From an uncultured beta proteobacterium (GTDB taxonomy: Bacteria > Pseudomonadota > Gammaproteobacteria > Burkholderiales > Burkholderiaceae): a stretch of DNA of 54,792 bases. How positions within the stretch are numbered: position 1 is the first letter of the stretch; every line of letters starts with the position of its first letter. The position numbers were made by a program, and so were the translations under genes. This document shows, piece after piece, positions 18,601 to 27,677 of the stretch. Where the stretch lies: positions 1 to 54,792 of the forward strand of contig CAIMXN010000304.1 in the NCBI GenBank assembly GCA_903845455.1, written 5' to 3'. Below the pieces are notes generated by a model. It was given only the letters and a program-made list of their open reading frames with translations. It was not told where the DNA came from and did not search any database.

Positions 18601-20031
18601 ATGAATATGAACTTAACCAAATTGAATTATTCGCTTAAGTATCTCAAAGATACAGGCGTTGCTTATTTAACAGTTTGTTTTATGGGGATGCAACTGGTTG
18701 CTTTTCCTTTGGCAGCGCAAGAAACGGGTTCTGCGACCAAAGAGGTTGTTACTACTTCTGGTGCGCCTTCAGGCGCTTCATCACGTGATGCCCTGAGCTT
18801 GGCCGTTGGAAAATCAAAAGCTTATAAGTTTAAGAATCCAGTGGTCCGAATTTCAGTTGGTAACCCTGCGGTGGCTGACGTCATGCTGGTGAACCCACGT
18901 GAAGTCTATTTTTTGGGTAAGAAATCTGGCTCAACTAATGTCACTTTATGGCATGCTAATAATCAAACAACCAACCTGGATCTGTTTGTTGGCGGGGATA
19001 CTGATTACATCATTGATCTACTCTCTGACTTATTGCCTACTGCTAAAACAATTAAAGCAACCGCTGCTGGTGAATCGATTGTGTTGAGTGGCAAAGTAGC
19101 TGATGCAGAGACAGTACAAAAGGCAATGACTATTACCGAGCACGCCACTGGCAAGAAAGTATTGAATATGCTTTCTACCAACGATTTGGAGCAGGTACTG
19201 CTTGAGGTCAAAGTTGCTGAAATCGACCGTTCCATTGCTGACGCTTTGGGTATTCAGGCTCAAGGAACCAATTTCTCATTTAATCCCTTGGGTGCTGCCG
19301 CTTTAGGTTTTAGTGCAACCGCATCTGCGAACGTGGGCGCTGGTGCTGGTTTTACGCAAACATGGTTTCAAGCCAATATGCAAAATGGTTTAGTCAAAAT
19401 TTTGGCTGAACCTAACATCATGGCGATCAGCGGACAGCAGGGCGAGTTTTTATCTGGAGGAACCGTCTATTTACCAGTACCTCAGTCAGGTGTGTCCGGT
19501 GCTGTTATTACACTCCAGGCCGTTCCTTATGGCGTGGGTGTGAAGTTCACTCCAACCGTCCTTGGCGACGGAAAGATCAATCTGAAGGTTGCACCTCAGG
19601 TCTCCCAAGTGAGCTCTACAGGCGTTACGGTGACGGCAGGTGGGCAGACTCAGGTGATTCCTCAAATTTTAAGCAGAAGTGCATCTACGACCGTCCAACT
19701 GTATGACGGACAAAGTTTCGCTATTGGCGGCTTAATTTCTAACAACGTCAATGAAGTGATTAGCGCGTTTCCATGGCTTGCTTCTTTACCAGTAATTGGG
19801 GTGTTATTTAGAAGTAGTTCCTTCCAGAACAATCGTAGCGAGTTAATGATTTTGGTAACACCCCATATTGTGAAACCAATGTCTGGCAAACCTGTATTGC
19901 CTACCGATTCTTATATTCAGCCTACCCAAGCAGAGTTCTTCTTGGGAGGTAAATTAGAGGGGGCAAAGCCTGTTGATACGCAGCCACCAACTTCTATTAC
20001 TCCAAGCGTAGGTTCTTCTGATGGTAAATAA
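18601..20031 (+). CDS. cpaC: Tad secretin CpaC/RcpA
   Basis: RISVGNPAVADV, QVLLEVKVAEI, ILAEPNIMAISGQ, GQSFAIGGL, LPVIGVLFRS, ELMILVTP. Confidence 0.95.
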   Translation: MNMNLTKLNYSLKYLKDTGVAYLTVCFMGMQLVAFPLAAQETGSATKEVVTTSGAPSGASSRDALSLAVGKSKAYKFKNPVVRISVGNPAVADVMLVNPREVYFLGKKSGSTNVTLWHANNQTTNLDLFVGGDTDYIIDLLSDLLPTAKTIKATAAGESIVLSGKVADAETVQKAMTITEHATGKKVLNMLSTNDLEQVLLEVKVAEIDRSIADALGIQAQGTNFSFNPLGAAALGFSATASANVGAGAGFTQTWFQANMQNGLVKILAEPNIMAISGQQGEFLSGGTVYLPVPQSGVSGAVITLQAVPYGVGVKFTPTVLGDGKINLKVAPQVSQVSSTGVTVTAGGQTQVIPQILSRSASTTVQLYDGQSFAIGGLISNNVNEVISAFPWLASLPVIGVLFRSSSFQNNRSELMILVTPHIVKPMSGKPVLPTDSYIQPTQAEFFLGGKLEGAKPVDTQPPTSITPSVGSSDGK

Positions 20032-20335
20032 CTCTTTGCTGATGTCTCGTGTTGCACGATTAGTGATTGCAATCATTCCTGCAATCTCACTTATGGCATG
20101 CCAAACTGATTGGCAAGATCCAAACGAAGCTGCAGCTGTTAAAGCAGCAATTCGTGCGCAATCCGTTTATCCAGACGGACGTCCTGATGTGCCCACTTAT
20201 TTAGGGGGAAGGGATGGGATTACTGCTCGCAGCTCAATTGAATCTTATCAACGCTCTTTTGCTCTACCAGCTGGCGGAGCGGGTGGTGCTCCTGCAGCCG
20301 GCGCTGCAGCACCCGCACCTACACCTACGCAGTAA
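20021..20335 (+). CDS. Small lipoprotein of the Tad locus
   Basis: Lipobox LMAC; AVKAAIRAQ..GGRDG..YQRSF; Ala/Pro-rich tail; overlaps the cpaC stop. Confidence 0.7.
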   Translation: MVNNSLLMSRVARLVIAIIPAISLMACQTDWQDPNEAAAVKAAIRAQSVYPDGRPDVPTYLGGRDGITARSSIESYQRSFALPAGGAGGAPAAGAAAPAPTPTQ

Positions 20336-20378
20336 TTTATTGGAATAGTCATTGATTATTCTAGAAAAGTACTAAAAA

Positions 20379-21554
20379 ATGAAAATAGTAATAATTTCGA
20401 ATACAGAAGATGAGGCCTTGATCCTGCAGAAGGTGGTTGCCTCTTTTTTTGGTTCCGATCAGCTTCAGCATTTAGCCCGCATTGATGAATCATTGCATCT
20501 TGATCGCATCGATCTTCCTTCTACTGACATTATTATTGTCGACTCAGATGAAGTTCATGATGCTGATGTCCGTGCCATTTCAGGTATTGCACATGGCGAT
20601 ACACCGCATCCGCCTTCATTTATCTATTTAGCTACCACGACATCGCATGAAGAATTACTGCGTTTAATCCGTGGCGGTGTTTCTGATGTATTGCATCGTC
20701 CTATACAGCCAGCAGAAATTAGAGATGCGATTGACCGTATTCGCGCCAAGCGCTTGCATATTGGAAGAGCCTCTAAATGCAAGGTGCTTTCCTTTCTTTC
20801 TGGAAAGGGTGGCGCTGGTGCTACTTTCTTAGCTACCAATCTTGGTTACCTACTTGCTACAGAAGCCAATAAAAAGGTTTTGTATATTGATTTGCATATG
20901 CAGGGCGGAGATGCCCCTTTCTACTTGACCAATGCTGTTGCAACCACCACGATTGCAGACATTGTGAAGAGTTCCGAGCTGGACTCTATGATGATCGCTG
21001 CTGCAACGATTCCGATTGAGTCGAATTATTCATTGTTGCCATCCCCTGATAGCCCTGAAAAAGCGGCAGGCTTGACTGCAAATAATATTGATAATTTAAT
21101 TAGCGTTGCCATTCAAGATTACGATTTCATTATTATTGATTTGCCACATATACTTGATGCATTAACTATCAAGGCTTTAGATCGATCTGATCTGATTTTC
21201 GTGGTGACTCAGCCGATCATGACTTATCTTCGTGCTGTAGCTCACATGCTCCATCTGTTTACTCGTCTCGAGTACGAGCCAAGCAAAGTGCGTATGGTTC
21301 TCAATCGAATGGACAAGGTGGGTATGTTATCGGTTGCCCGTGTTGAAGATTCTATTCAGAAGAAAATTAGTTTGACGGTGCCTAATGACTTTACGAATGC
21401 AGTAGAGGCCGTAAATATTGGTGTGTCAGTCATTAAAAGTGCACCAAAAAGTCCTATTTCTGCAGCCTTACGTGGCATTCTCAGCGAATTAGTGGGTGAG
21501 GGGGCTATTGAGGAGCCGGCGCAAAAGACATTTTTTCAAAAAATTCTTGGTTAG
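20379..21554 (+). CDS. cpaE: CpaE/TadZ (degenerate receiver plus MinD-like ATPase)
   Basis: Deviant Walker A SGKGGAGAT, LATNL, YDFIIIDLP; C-terminal amphipathic FFQKILG. Confidence 0.92.
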   Translation: MKIVIISNTEDEALILQKVVASFFGSDQLQHLARIDESLHLDRIDLPSTDIIIVDSDEVHDADVRAISGIAHGDTPHPPSFIYLATTTSHEELLRLIRGGVSDVLHRPIQPAEIRDAIDRIRAKRLHIGRASKCKVLSFLSGKGGAGATFLATNLGYLLATEANKKVLYIDLHMQGGDAPFYLTNAVATTTIADIVKSSELDSMMIAAATIPIESNYSLLPSPDSPEKAAGLTANNIDNLISVAIQDYDFIIIDLPHILDALTIKALDRSDLIFVVTQPIMTYLRAVAHMLHLFTRLEYEPSKVRMVLNRMDKVGMLSVARVEDSIQKKISLTVPNDFTNAVEAVNIGVSVIKSAPKSPISAALRGILSELVGEGAIEEPAQKTFFQKILG

Positions 21555-21570
21555 TAAAAGGTAAAACGCC

Positions 21571-22908
21571 ATGTCACTCAGAGAAGTCTACACAGAGGGC
21601 GCACTTTCATCGGTTGAATATAAGGCCGATAAAAATACCAAGAAATCAGCTGCTGAGGCTATCAGTGTAAAAAGTCTTGTGCACAGCAAACTGCTGGAGC
21701 AAATGGATTTAGCGCTGATGGAGAAGCTCTCAGGAAATGAGCTCAAATCCCATCTCAAAATGGGCGTTGAGAAAATCGTTCATGAAGACAGCATGCTGAT
21801 CAACGAATATGATTTAGCTAGATTAGTTTCTGAAATTCAAAATGAAGTCATTGGTTTAGGTCCCCTGGAGCCTCTCATGGCTGACCCTACTGTCTCTGAT
21901 ATCTTAATAAACAATGCGAAGAGTGTTTATGTTGAAAGACGCGGCCGTCTAGAGAGAACCAATACTGTTTTTGATAGCGATGATCATTTGCTCAAGATCA
22001 TTGAAAAGATTGTGACTAGAGTGGGTCGTCGTATTGATGAATCCAGCCCCTTAGTCGATGCGCGCTTACCCGATGGCTCGCGTGTGAATGCCATTATTCC
22101 TCCCTTGGCACTTGACGGCCCTTCGATGTCTATTCGTCGCTTCTCAGAGATTCCGTTTGGAATGTCTGATTTGGTCAGAAATGGTTCTCTCACCGAGCAA
22201 ATGGCGATATTCCTTGCGGGTGTTGTGAAGGCAAAAACTAACCTTATTATTTCTGGTGGTACGGGTAGCGGTAAAACGACCTTGCTTAATATTTTGTCAG
22301 GATTTATTCCTGATCACGAACGCATTATTACCATTGAAGATGCTGCGGAATTACGCTTACAACAGCCTCACGTTGTCAGGTTGGAAACCCGTCCCGCCAA
22401 CATCGAAGGTAAAGGCGAGATTGATCAACGTATTTTGGTCAAAAATAGCTTGCGGATGCGGCCTGACAGGGTGGTCATTGGTGAGATTCGTGGCATTGAA
22501 GTTCTTGATATGTTGCAGGCGATGAACACTGGGCATGAAGGCTCTATGAGTACCTGCCACGCGAATACCGCGCGTGATGCTTTGGTGCGCTTGGAGAATA
22601 TGGTGGGTATGGCTGGATTGCAGGTGGTGCAAAAATCACTACGACAGCAAATTGCTTCTGCTATTTCGATTGTTGTGCAGGCATCACGATTAAGTGATGG
22701 TAAGCGCAAAATTATGAGTATTAGTGAAGTGATTGGCATGGAAGGTGATGTCATCACGATGCAAGATATTTTCGCATTCAAACAAACTGGTGTTGGGATG
22801 GATGGCGCCGTATTAGGCGTGATGGCGCCAACTGGAATCAGGCCACGCATTGCTGACAAGTTAAGCGCCCACGGCGTTAATTTGCCAGATAAAATTTTTG
22901 AGCCCTGA
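21571..22908 (+). CDS. cpaF: Tad pilus ATPase CpaF/TadA
   Basis: GLGPLEPL, VDARLPDGSRVN, GGTGSGKTT, IEDAAEL, LRMRPDR, AMNTGHEG. Confidence 0.97.
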   Translation: MSLREVYTEGALSSVEYKADKNTKKSAAEAISVKSLVHSKLLEQMDLALMEKLSGNELKSHLKMGVEKIVHEDSMLINEYDLARLVSEIQNEVIGLGPLEPLMADPTVSDILINNAKSVYVERRGRLERTNTVFDSDDHLLKIIEKIVTRVGRRIDESSPLVDARLPDGSRVNAIIPPLALDGPSMSIRRFSEIPFGMSDLVRNGSLTEQMAIFLAGVVKAKTNLIISGGTGSGKTTLLNILSGFIPDHERIITIEDAAELRLQQPHVVRLETRPANIEGKGEIDQRILVKNSLRMRPDRVVIGEIRGIEVLDMLQAMNTGHEGSMSTCHANTARDALVRLENMVGMAGLQVVQKSLRQQIASAISIVVQASRLSDGKRKIMSISEVIGMEGDVITMQDIFAFKQTGVGMDGAVLGVMAPTGIRPRIADKLSAHGVNLPDKIFEP

Positions 22909-22918
22909 TTAGCACGCT

Positions 22919-23896
22919 ATGAATTATTTGATTTACATTGCCTTCTTTCTGGGCGCCATGGCCTTTTCTGTATTAGGATGGTTTGGCGTGAGATGGTGGA
23001 TCAATAACTATGGTCCCCGTAGTAGCCTCCTAAATGAGCGCATCCAGCTCCTTTCACAAAAGAATCAAAGCATTGCTAGAGCTAATCCTATTTTTAAGGA
23101 AACGCTGTTTAGCGAAAATCCAGTAATACATGATTTATTAGATCGCTTCAAATTAAGTCATGCTCTAAATGACCTCATCATTAAAGCTGGAAGTGAGTTT
23201 TCAGTCCATGAGTTCTTAATGTGGAAAGTCGGCATCATTTCGATTTCATTTATTGGTCTCTGGATATTTTTAGGTTCGCCCGTTTCAGCTTTTTGGGGTG
23301 CCTTGCTCTTTGGCGTAGCCCCGATTATTTGGCTGATGTCAGAGAACCGCAAACGTAAAGTGATTCTAGAAAAGCAGTTGCCTGACGTCCTAGAATCTAT
23401 GTCACGCTCACTCAGTGCTGGACATTCCTTTGGTAGCTCGTTGCAAAATGCGGCGGCACAAGCTCCCGAGCCCATTTCATCTGAATTTAAAGTCTGCTTT
23501 GATCAATTAAATGTAGGCATGCCAATTAGAGGCGTGATGGCGGGTTTAGTTAAACGTATTGATACCTCTGATATCCGATTTTTTGCGATTGCAGTGGTGC
23601 TTAATCGTGAAGTAGGGGGCAATTTAGCCGAGCTTTTATCTGATGTTGCTGCCTTAATTCGTGGCCGCTTAACAACGCGTCTATTGATTAATACCTTGAC
23701 AGCAGAAGGGCGCTCAACTGCAAAGTTTTTGGGAATATTGCCGCTGGTTGCCGTAGTATTGTTGAAGGTAATTGATCCAAGCTATTTTGATGTCATTTTA
23801 AAGAGTCCTGGTGGCATGAGGCTTTTTGGGTTTACTGCTGCATGGGCTATCCTTGGTGTTATTTGGATGCGAAAAATCTCGAATGTCCGTTTATAA
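22919..23896 (+). CDS. tadB: TadB inner-membrane platform protein
   Basis: QLPDVLESMSRSLSAGH, REVGGNLAE, LTAEGR; operon position. Confidence 0.92.
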   Translation: MNYLIYIAFFLGAMAFSVLGWFGVRWWINNYGPRSSLLNERIQLLSQKNQSIARANPIFKETLFSENPVIHDLLDRFKLSHALNDLIIKAGSEFSVHEFLMWKVGIISISFIGLWIFLGSPVSAFWGALLFGVAPIIWLMSENRKRKVILEKQLPDVLESMSRSLSAGHSFGSSLQNAAAQAPEPISSEFKVCFDQLNVGMPIRGVMAGLVKRIDTSDIRFFAIAVVLNREVGGNLAELLSDVAALIRGRLTTRLLINTLTAEGRSTAKFLGILPLVAVVLLKVIDPSYFDVILKSPGGMRLFGFTAAWAILGVIWMRKISNVRL

Positions 23897-23908
23897 AGGT
23901 AGCCAGCG

Positions 23909-24835
23909 ATGACGATCATTTATCAATCCTTAGCGCTATTAGCAATTTTTATTTTTGCTTTTATGCTTACTTTCATTTTGATCACTTTTTTCGCCAATCA
24001 AAAGCAAGTAAAAACGCGACTTTCAAAAGTGCAGGTCAATTCTAGTCAAAGACGAAAAAAAGAACATCCCTTTGTGATCATGTTCCAACAATTACTTGAA
24101 AAATTGACTGAGTTTTCTTCGCCCACTAAACAGCATCAGCAAGAGGGTTACAAAAAGAAGTTTGTTACCGCTGGAATTAAAAGTCCTGTATGGACAACTC
24201 GATTCTTTGGCCTAAAAACCTTCTTTACCTTTATTGTCCCTGTTCTCTATGTATTGTTCGCCGCACTCTTTATGAAAGATGTATCTGGATCTGACATGTT
24301 GATCGTGGCTCTTACATTAGCGGTGGCTGGCTACTACTTGCCTAACGCCTACTTAAATTCAAAAGTCAAAAATAGAAAACAAGAAATCTTTGACGCATTT
24401 CCAGATCTACTTGATTTAATTCGAGTTTGCGTCTCTGCTGGCATGGGTTTAGATTCTGCGATGCATCGAGTGAGTAATGAAATCAAGGTATCTAGCGTTG
24501 CTACAGCTGAAGAGTTAAACCACCTGAACTTAGAGTTGCGAGCTGGTGCATCACGTGCTTCAGCCTTGCAGAACTTTGCGATTCGTTGCGATTTGGATGA
24601 AGTCAAAGCCTTTGTATCCATGATTATTCAGGCTGAGAGACACGGAACTAGCGTAAGTTCTGCGCTGGTGATTTTCTCCGAAGACTTGCGTGCTAAGCGC
24701 AAACTCTATGCCCAAGAAGTGGCCGCAAATATCCCCGTCAAACTTTCACTGCCAATTATGGTTTGTATTTTCCCGGCGATATTCGTGGTGATGCTTGCGC
24801 CTCCATTAAGCTCCGTAGTAGGCGTAATAAAATAA
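23909..24835 (+). CDS. tadC: TadC inner-membrane platform protein
   Basis: FPDLLDL..CVSAGMGLD, IQAERHGT, PVKLSLPIMVCIFP. Confidence 0.92.
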   Translation: MTIIYQSLALLAIFIFAFMLTFILITFFANQKQVKTRLSKVQVNSSQRRKKEHPFVIMFQQLLEKLTEFSSPTKQHQQEGYKKKFVTAGIKSPVWTTRFFGLKTFFTFIVPVLYVLFAALFMKDVSGSDMLIVALTLAVAGYYLPNAYLNSKVKNRKQEIFDAFPDLLDLIRVCVSAGMGLDSAMHRVSNEIKVSSVATAEELNHLNLELRAGASRASALQNFAIRCDLDEVKAFVSMIIQAERHGTSVSSALVIFSEDLRAKRKLYAQEVAANIPVKLSLPIMVCIFPAIFVVMLAPPLSSVVGVIK

Positions 24836-24838
24836 AAC

Positions 24839-25426
24839 ATGACCCTAAATTCTTTTTCTGAAAAGTTAAAGCTATTTTCACAAGCTAAAGTTCGCTTGCT
24901 TTGTGAAAAAGCAACTGTTGCAATTGAAACGGCTTTGCTTCTACCGGTTTTATTGCTGATGGTTTTTGGTGGCATTCAGATGACTTGTATGTACTACGAC
25001 TACATGCTGATTAGCAGTGCTGCAACTGAGGCGGCGAGACAGGGAATGCTAAGTTCTACAACCCCGATGACGGCTGCGACCATGGGATCTGTGGCCAGTA
25101 GTTATTTAACCAATTCCCCTCTGATTACCTTTGGCGGTACGGCCACCACTGCTTGGACTTCAACCGTCTATTTGTGTAAAGCAACCACAACCACAACAAC
25201 ATTTAGTGTTGTAGATGCTAGTACTAACTGCACCACAGGGCAAAATGCAAAGCTCGGCACATCAACCTTGGCATGCCCTGCAAGTAACGATGCGAACAGG
25301 CTCACCAACTACCCCAATGGAGCATTATTAAAGGTAAATGTAAGCTACCTTTTCTTGGGTTTCTGGAAGAATATACCGGGATCTACCAATCAGCTTTCTT
25401 ACACCGCACAATTTATGTGTGAGTAG
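24839..25426 (+). CDS. tadE: TadE-like minor pilin
   Basis: EKA|TVAIETALLLPVLLLMVFGGI and AATEAARQG; Thr/Cys-rich head. Confidence 0.85.
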   Translation: MTLNSFSEKLKLFSQAKVRLLCEKATVAIETALLLPVLLLMVFGGIQMTCMYYDYMLISSAATEAARQGMLSSTTPMTAATMGSVASSYLTNSPLITFGGTATTAWTSTVYLCKATTTTTTFSVVDASTNCTTGQNAKLGTSTLACPASNDANRLTNYPNGALLKVNVSYLFLGFWKNIPGSTNQLSYTAQFMCE

Positions 25427-25438
25427 CTTGCCTGAAGT

Positions 25439-25756
25439 TTAGAAGGCTCCCAGCAGATCTGAGCTAATAATTTTCACTGCTACCCCTAGCTTGCCATCCT
25501 TGTGTTGTACCCGTACGATTTCACCTTGGCATTGCACTTGCATTTTGCCACCCGGCGTTTCAAGATCAATCACAAAGCTGACATTTGAACCTAGGCTGTG
25601 ATCATCATCCATTTCAAAGTAAGCACCAGTGGCACTGATATTTTGAATGGATCCTTTGGTGTTGCCGATAGAGAGAGGGAGTTTAGTCTGAAAACGTTCT
25701 GCACGTTTTCGGGTTGGTGATGAGGCGCTAATCTTTTTAGGATTTACGCTGGTCAT
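25439..25756 (-). CDS. Single-domain PilZ protein (first motif Arg replaced by Lys)
   Basis: RKRAER (KxxxR), NISATG, LETPGG..CQGEIVR; clear paralog of 9427..9777. Confidence 0.82.
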   Translation of the reverse strand: MTSVNPKKISASSPTRKRAERFQTKLPLSIGNTKGSIQNISATGAYFEMDDDHSLGSNVSFVIDLETPGGKMQVQCQGEIVRVQHKDGKLGVAVKIISSDLLGAF

Positions 25757-25770
25757 TAAGTTGAGGCGAT

Positions 25771-26484
25771 CTATTTAAGATACTTACTTGCAAAGACATA
25801 AAACTCCAGTCGGTTCTTTACGTTTAGTTTTTGATATACCGATGATAAATGATTTCTTAAAGTATGTTCACTAATATGCAATAGTCCAGAAATCGATTTC
25901 AGGGTTAACTCGCTATTAGCATGCAAGATCCTGGCAACCTTGGATTCCTTAGCAGTTAGCGATTTAAGTTTGATTTCTTCTGGGCTCATTTCTTTAGCGC
26001 TATTTTGAGCTATTTGCAATAGGATGCGTGAGGTCGCTTCCCGATTGACCCACAGTTCACCTTCATAAATCTTTTCGGCTGCCTTTAACAGGATCTCAGG
26101 CGTTTCTGATTTTTTAAGAACACCTCGGGCTCCTCTGACGATCGCTTGATCGTGAGCATCAAGGCTATTGAGGGAGGTGAGCACTAGTACCTTGCCACTA
26201 AAATTTTTGAGGAGTGTTGGGATCAGATCAAAGCCATCTTCGCCCTCTAAGTCTGGTTCTAATAAGACGAGATCAGGGTTGTGAGTGCTGACAGCCTGTA
26301 AGGCTTCTTTTGCATTAGTAGCAATGTCGCAAACTGTAAACTTCTTACTTTTTTCCAATAGCAACTTCAACCCAGAGGCCACTAGGCGATGACTATCCAC
26401 CAGCAATACCTTAATAGTATTTACTTGGACAGACTTCACGACCTTTTCAGAGGCAATCGCTTGCGTATTGGTAACCATCAACAT
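25771..26484 (-). CDS. Atypical NarL/LuxR-family response regulator
   Basis: Receiver fold (VLLVDSH, PDLVLLEPDL, VLVLTS, GARGVLKK) and LuxR HTH (LTAKE..ISEHTLRNHLSSVYQKLNVKNR). Confidence 0.9.
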   Translation of the reverse strand: MLMVTNTQAIASEKVVKSVQVNTIKVLLVDSHRLVASGLKLLLEKSKKFTVCDIATNAKEALQAVSTHNPDLVLLEPDLEGEDGFDLIPTLLKNFSGKVLVLTSLNSLDAHDQAIVRGARGVLKKSETPEILLKAAEKIYEGELWVNREATSRILLQIAQNSAKEMSPEEIKLKSLTAKESKVARILHANSELTLKSISGLLHISEHTLRNHLSSVYQKLNVKNRLEFYVFASKYLK

Positions 26485-26667
26485 TCTGTGATTTTAGTAT
26501 ATAGCTACTAGTTTATACAATTATTTATAACTAGTTCCTTGGGAAGATGTCCATTTTGGTGCATGACCAAGAAAAACCACATTTATTGTTGTTTATATGG
26601 GATAAATCTCTTCTTGAATACAATCTTAATCATTCAATATTCATTTACTTCATTTTGAGATTAGCTT

Positions 26668-26979
26668 ATGACCACTGAAAAAAAAGCCCCCATACGGGAT
26701 TCTGAGAGGCTCAAAACGGTGCTGCCCGTCAGTATCGATGGCGTTAAGGGCGTGACCCGTGACATTAGCTCCAGCGGCATTTTCTTGGAAGTCGAATCTC
26801 CGCTAGAGCCTGGAACGACCGTGGAATTCTTGGTAACGCTCGATTCCCCAAGTGGTGATCTGATACTTTCTTGCGAGGGTGAAGTGGTGAGAACTGAAGA
26901 GCTAGAAAAGTCTTATGGAATTGCCACCAAAATTCTTTCTTTAAAGCTCCTACCCTTGTTGCGTGGAGATAAGTCTTGA
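26668..26979 (+). CDS. Single-domain PilZ protein
   Basis: RDSER (RxxxR), DISSSG, LDSPSG..CEGEVVR. Confidence 0.85.
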   Translation: MTTEKKAPIRDSERLKTVLPVSIDGVKGVTRDISSSGIFLEVESPLEPGTTVEFLVTLDSPSGDLILSCEGEVVRTEELEKSYGIATKILSLKLLPLLRGDKS

Positions 26980-27485
26980 TTTGTTTGGAGCGCTTGTCAG
27001 TATTAAAGAGTTTGAATTCTATTAAAAGCACTTTCATCACATGCTTGCTGATTGGCGCTTTCCTCAGTCCCAGCTTGGCTCTAGCGGATGTATACCGTTG
27101 CGATAATAAAACTGGGGTGATTACGCTTTCTAATATTGAAAAGGGTACGAATTGTAAGAAAATGGTTTTACCTCCGCCAGACAAGAGGCTCAATCAGGCA
27201 AGCGGGGCGGATGCCTCTAAAGGTTCGTCACCTGCTACCCCGATTTCCATACAATCCAAAAATAAGTCTAGTTATGACGCAGCCGTATCTGAAAGAAAGC
27301 GCATTATTCAGGAAGAAATGGATTTGGAGAATGGACGACTCGGTGCCGTTAATAGCAAAATCTCAGCACTAAATCAGCTTAAGAAGAAAACCCCCGCACA
27401 AGAACAGGAATTGGCCTCCCTGCAAAAGAAGCAGACCCTGTACCAGTCCAACCTTTCATTGCTACAAAAGGAACTGGGAAAATGA
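26976..27485 (+). CDS. DUF4124-like secreted/periplasmic protein
   Basis: Signal peptide ALA|DVYRC..G.ITLSN, followed by a C-terminal coiled coil. Confidence 0.75.
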   Translation: MICLERLSVLKSLNSIKSTFITCLLIGAFLSPSLALADVYRCDNKTGVITLSNIEKGTNCKKMVLPPPDKRLNQASGADASKGSSPATPISIQSKNKSSYDAAVSERKRIIQEEMDLENGRLGAVNSKISALNQLKKKTPAQEQELASLQKKQTLYQSNLSLLQKELGK

Positions 27486-27616
27486 TTTGATTTGGCATCT
27501 GATTCAACGATCTTGCTAAAATAATCGGGTTATTGGTATTTTTTGCACATTTACCAAAAATAGTATTTTTCTACTATGTATTTTTGAAATATATAGTTTA
27601 TAAATACTAAACAAAG

Positions 27617-27649
27617 TTTGATTTACATCAAAAAACACGTTTCTATATT
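27617..27649 (+). promoter_or_regulatory. CRP/FNR-family box overlapping a putative sigma70 promoter of pilA
   Basis: TTGAT-TTAC-ATCAA (27618-27631) is an exact FNR consensus; TTTACA (27622) N16 TATATT (27644). Confidence 0.55.
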
Positions 27650-27677
27650 GAAATTTTATGAACTCTGGAGGCTTCAA

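Noticed and set aside
27618-27677. 20-aa N-terminal extension of PilA in the ORF track
   Set aside because: The TTG lies in the promoter box; the GTG at 27678 has a GGAGG RBS and gives a normal short leader.
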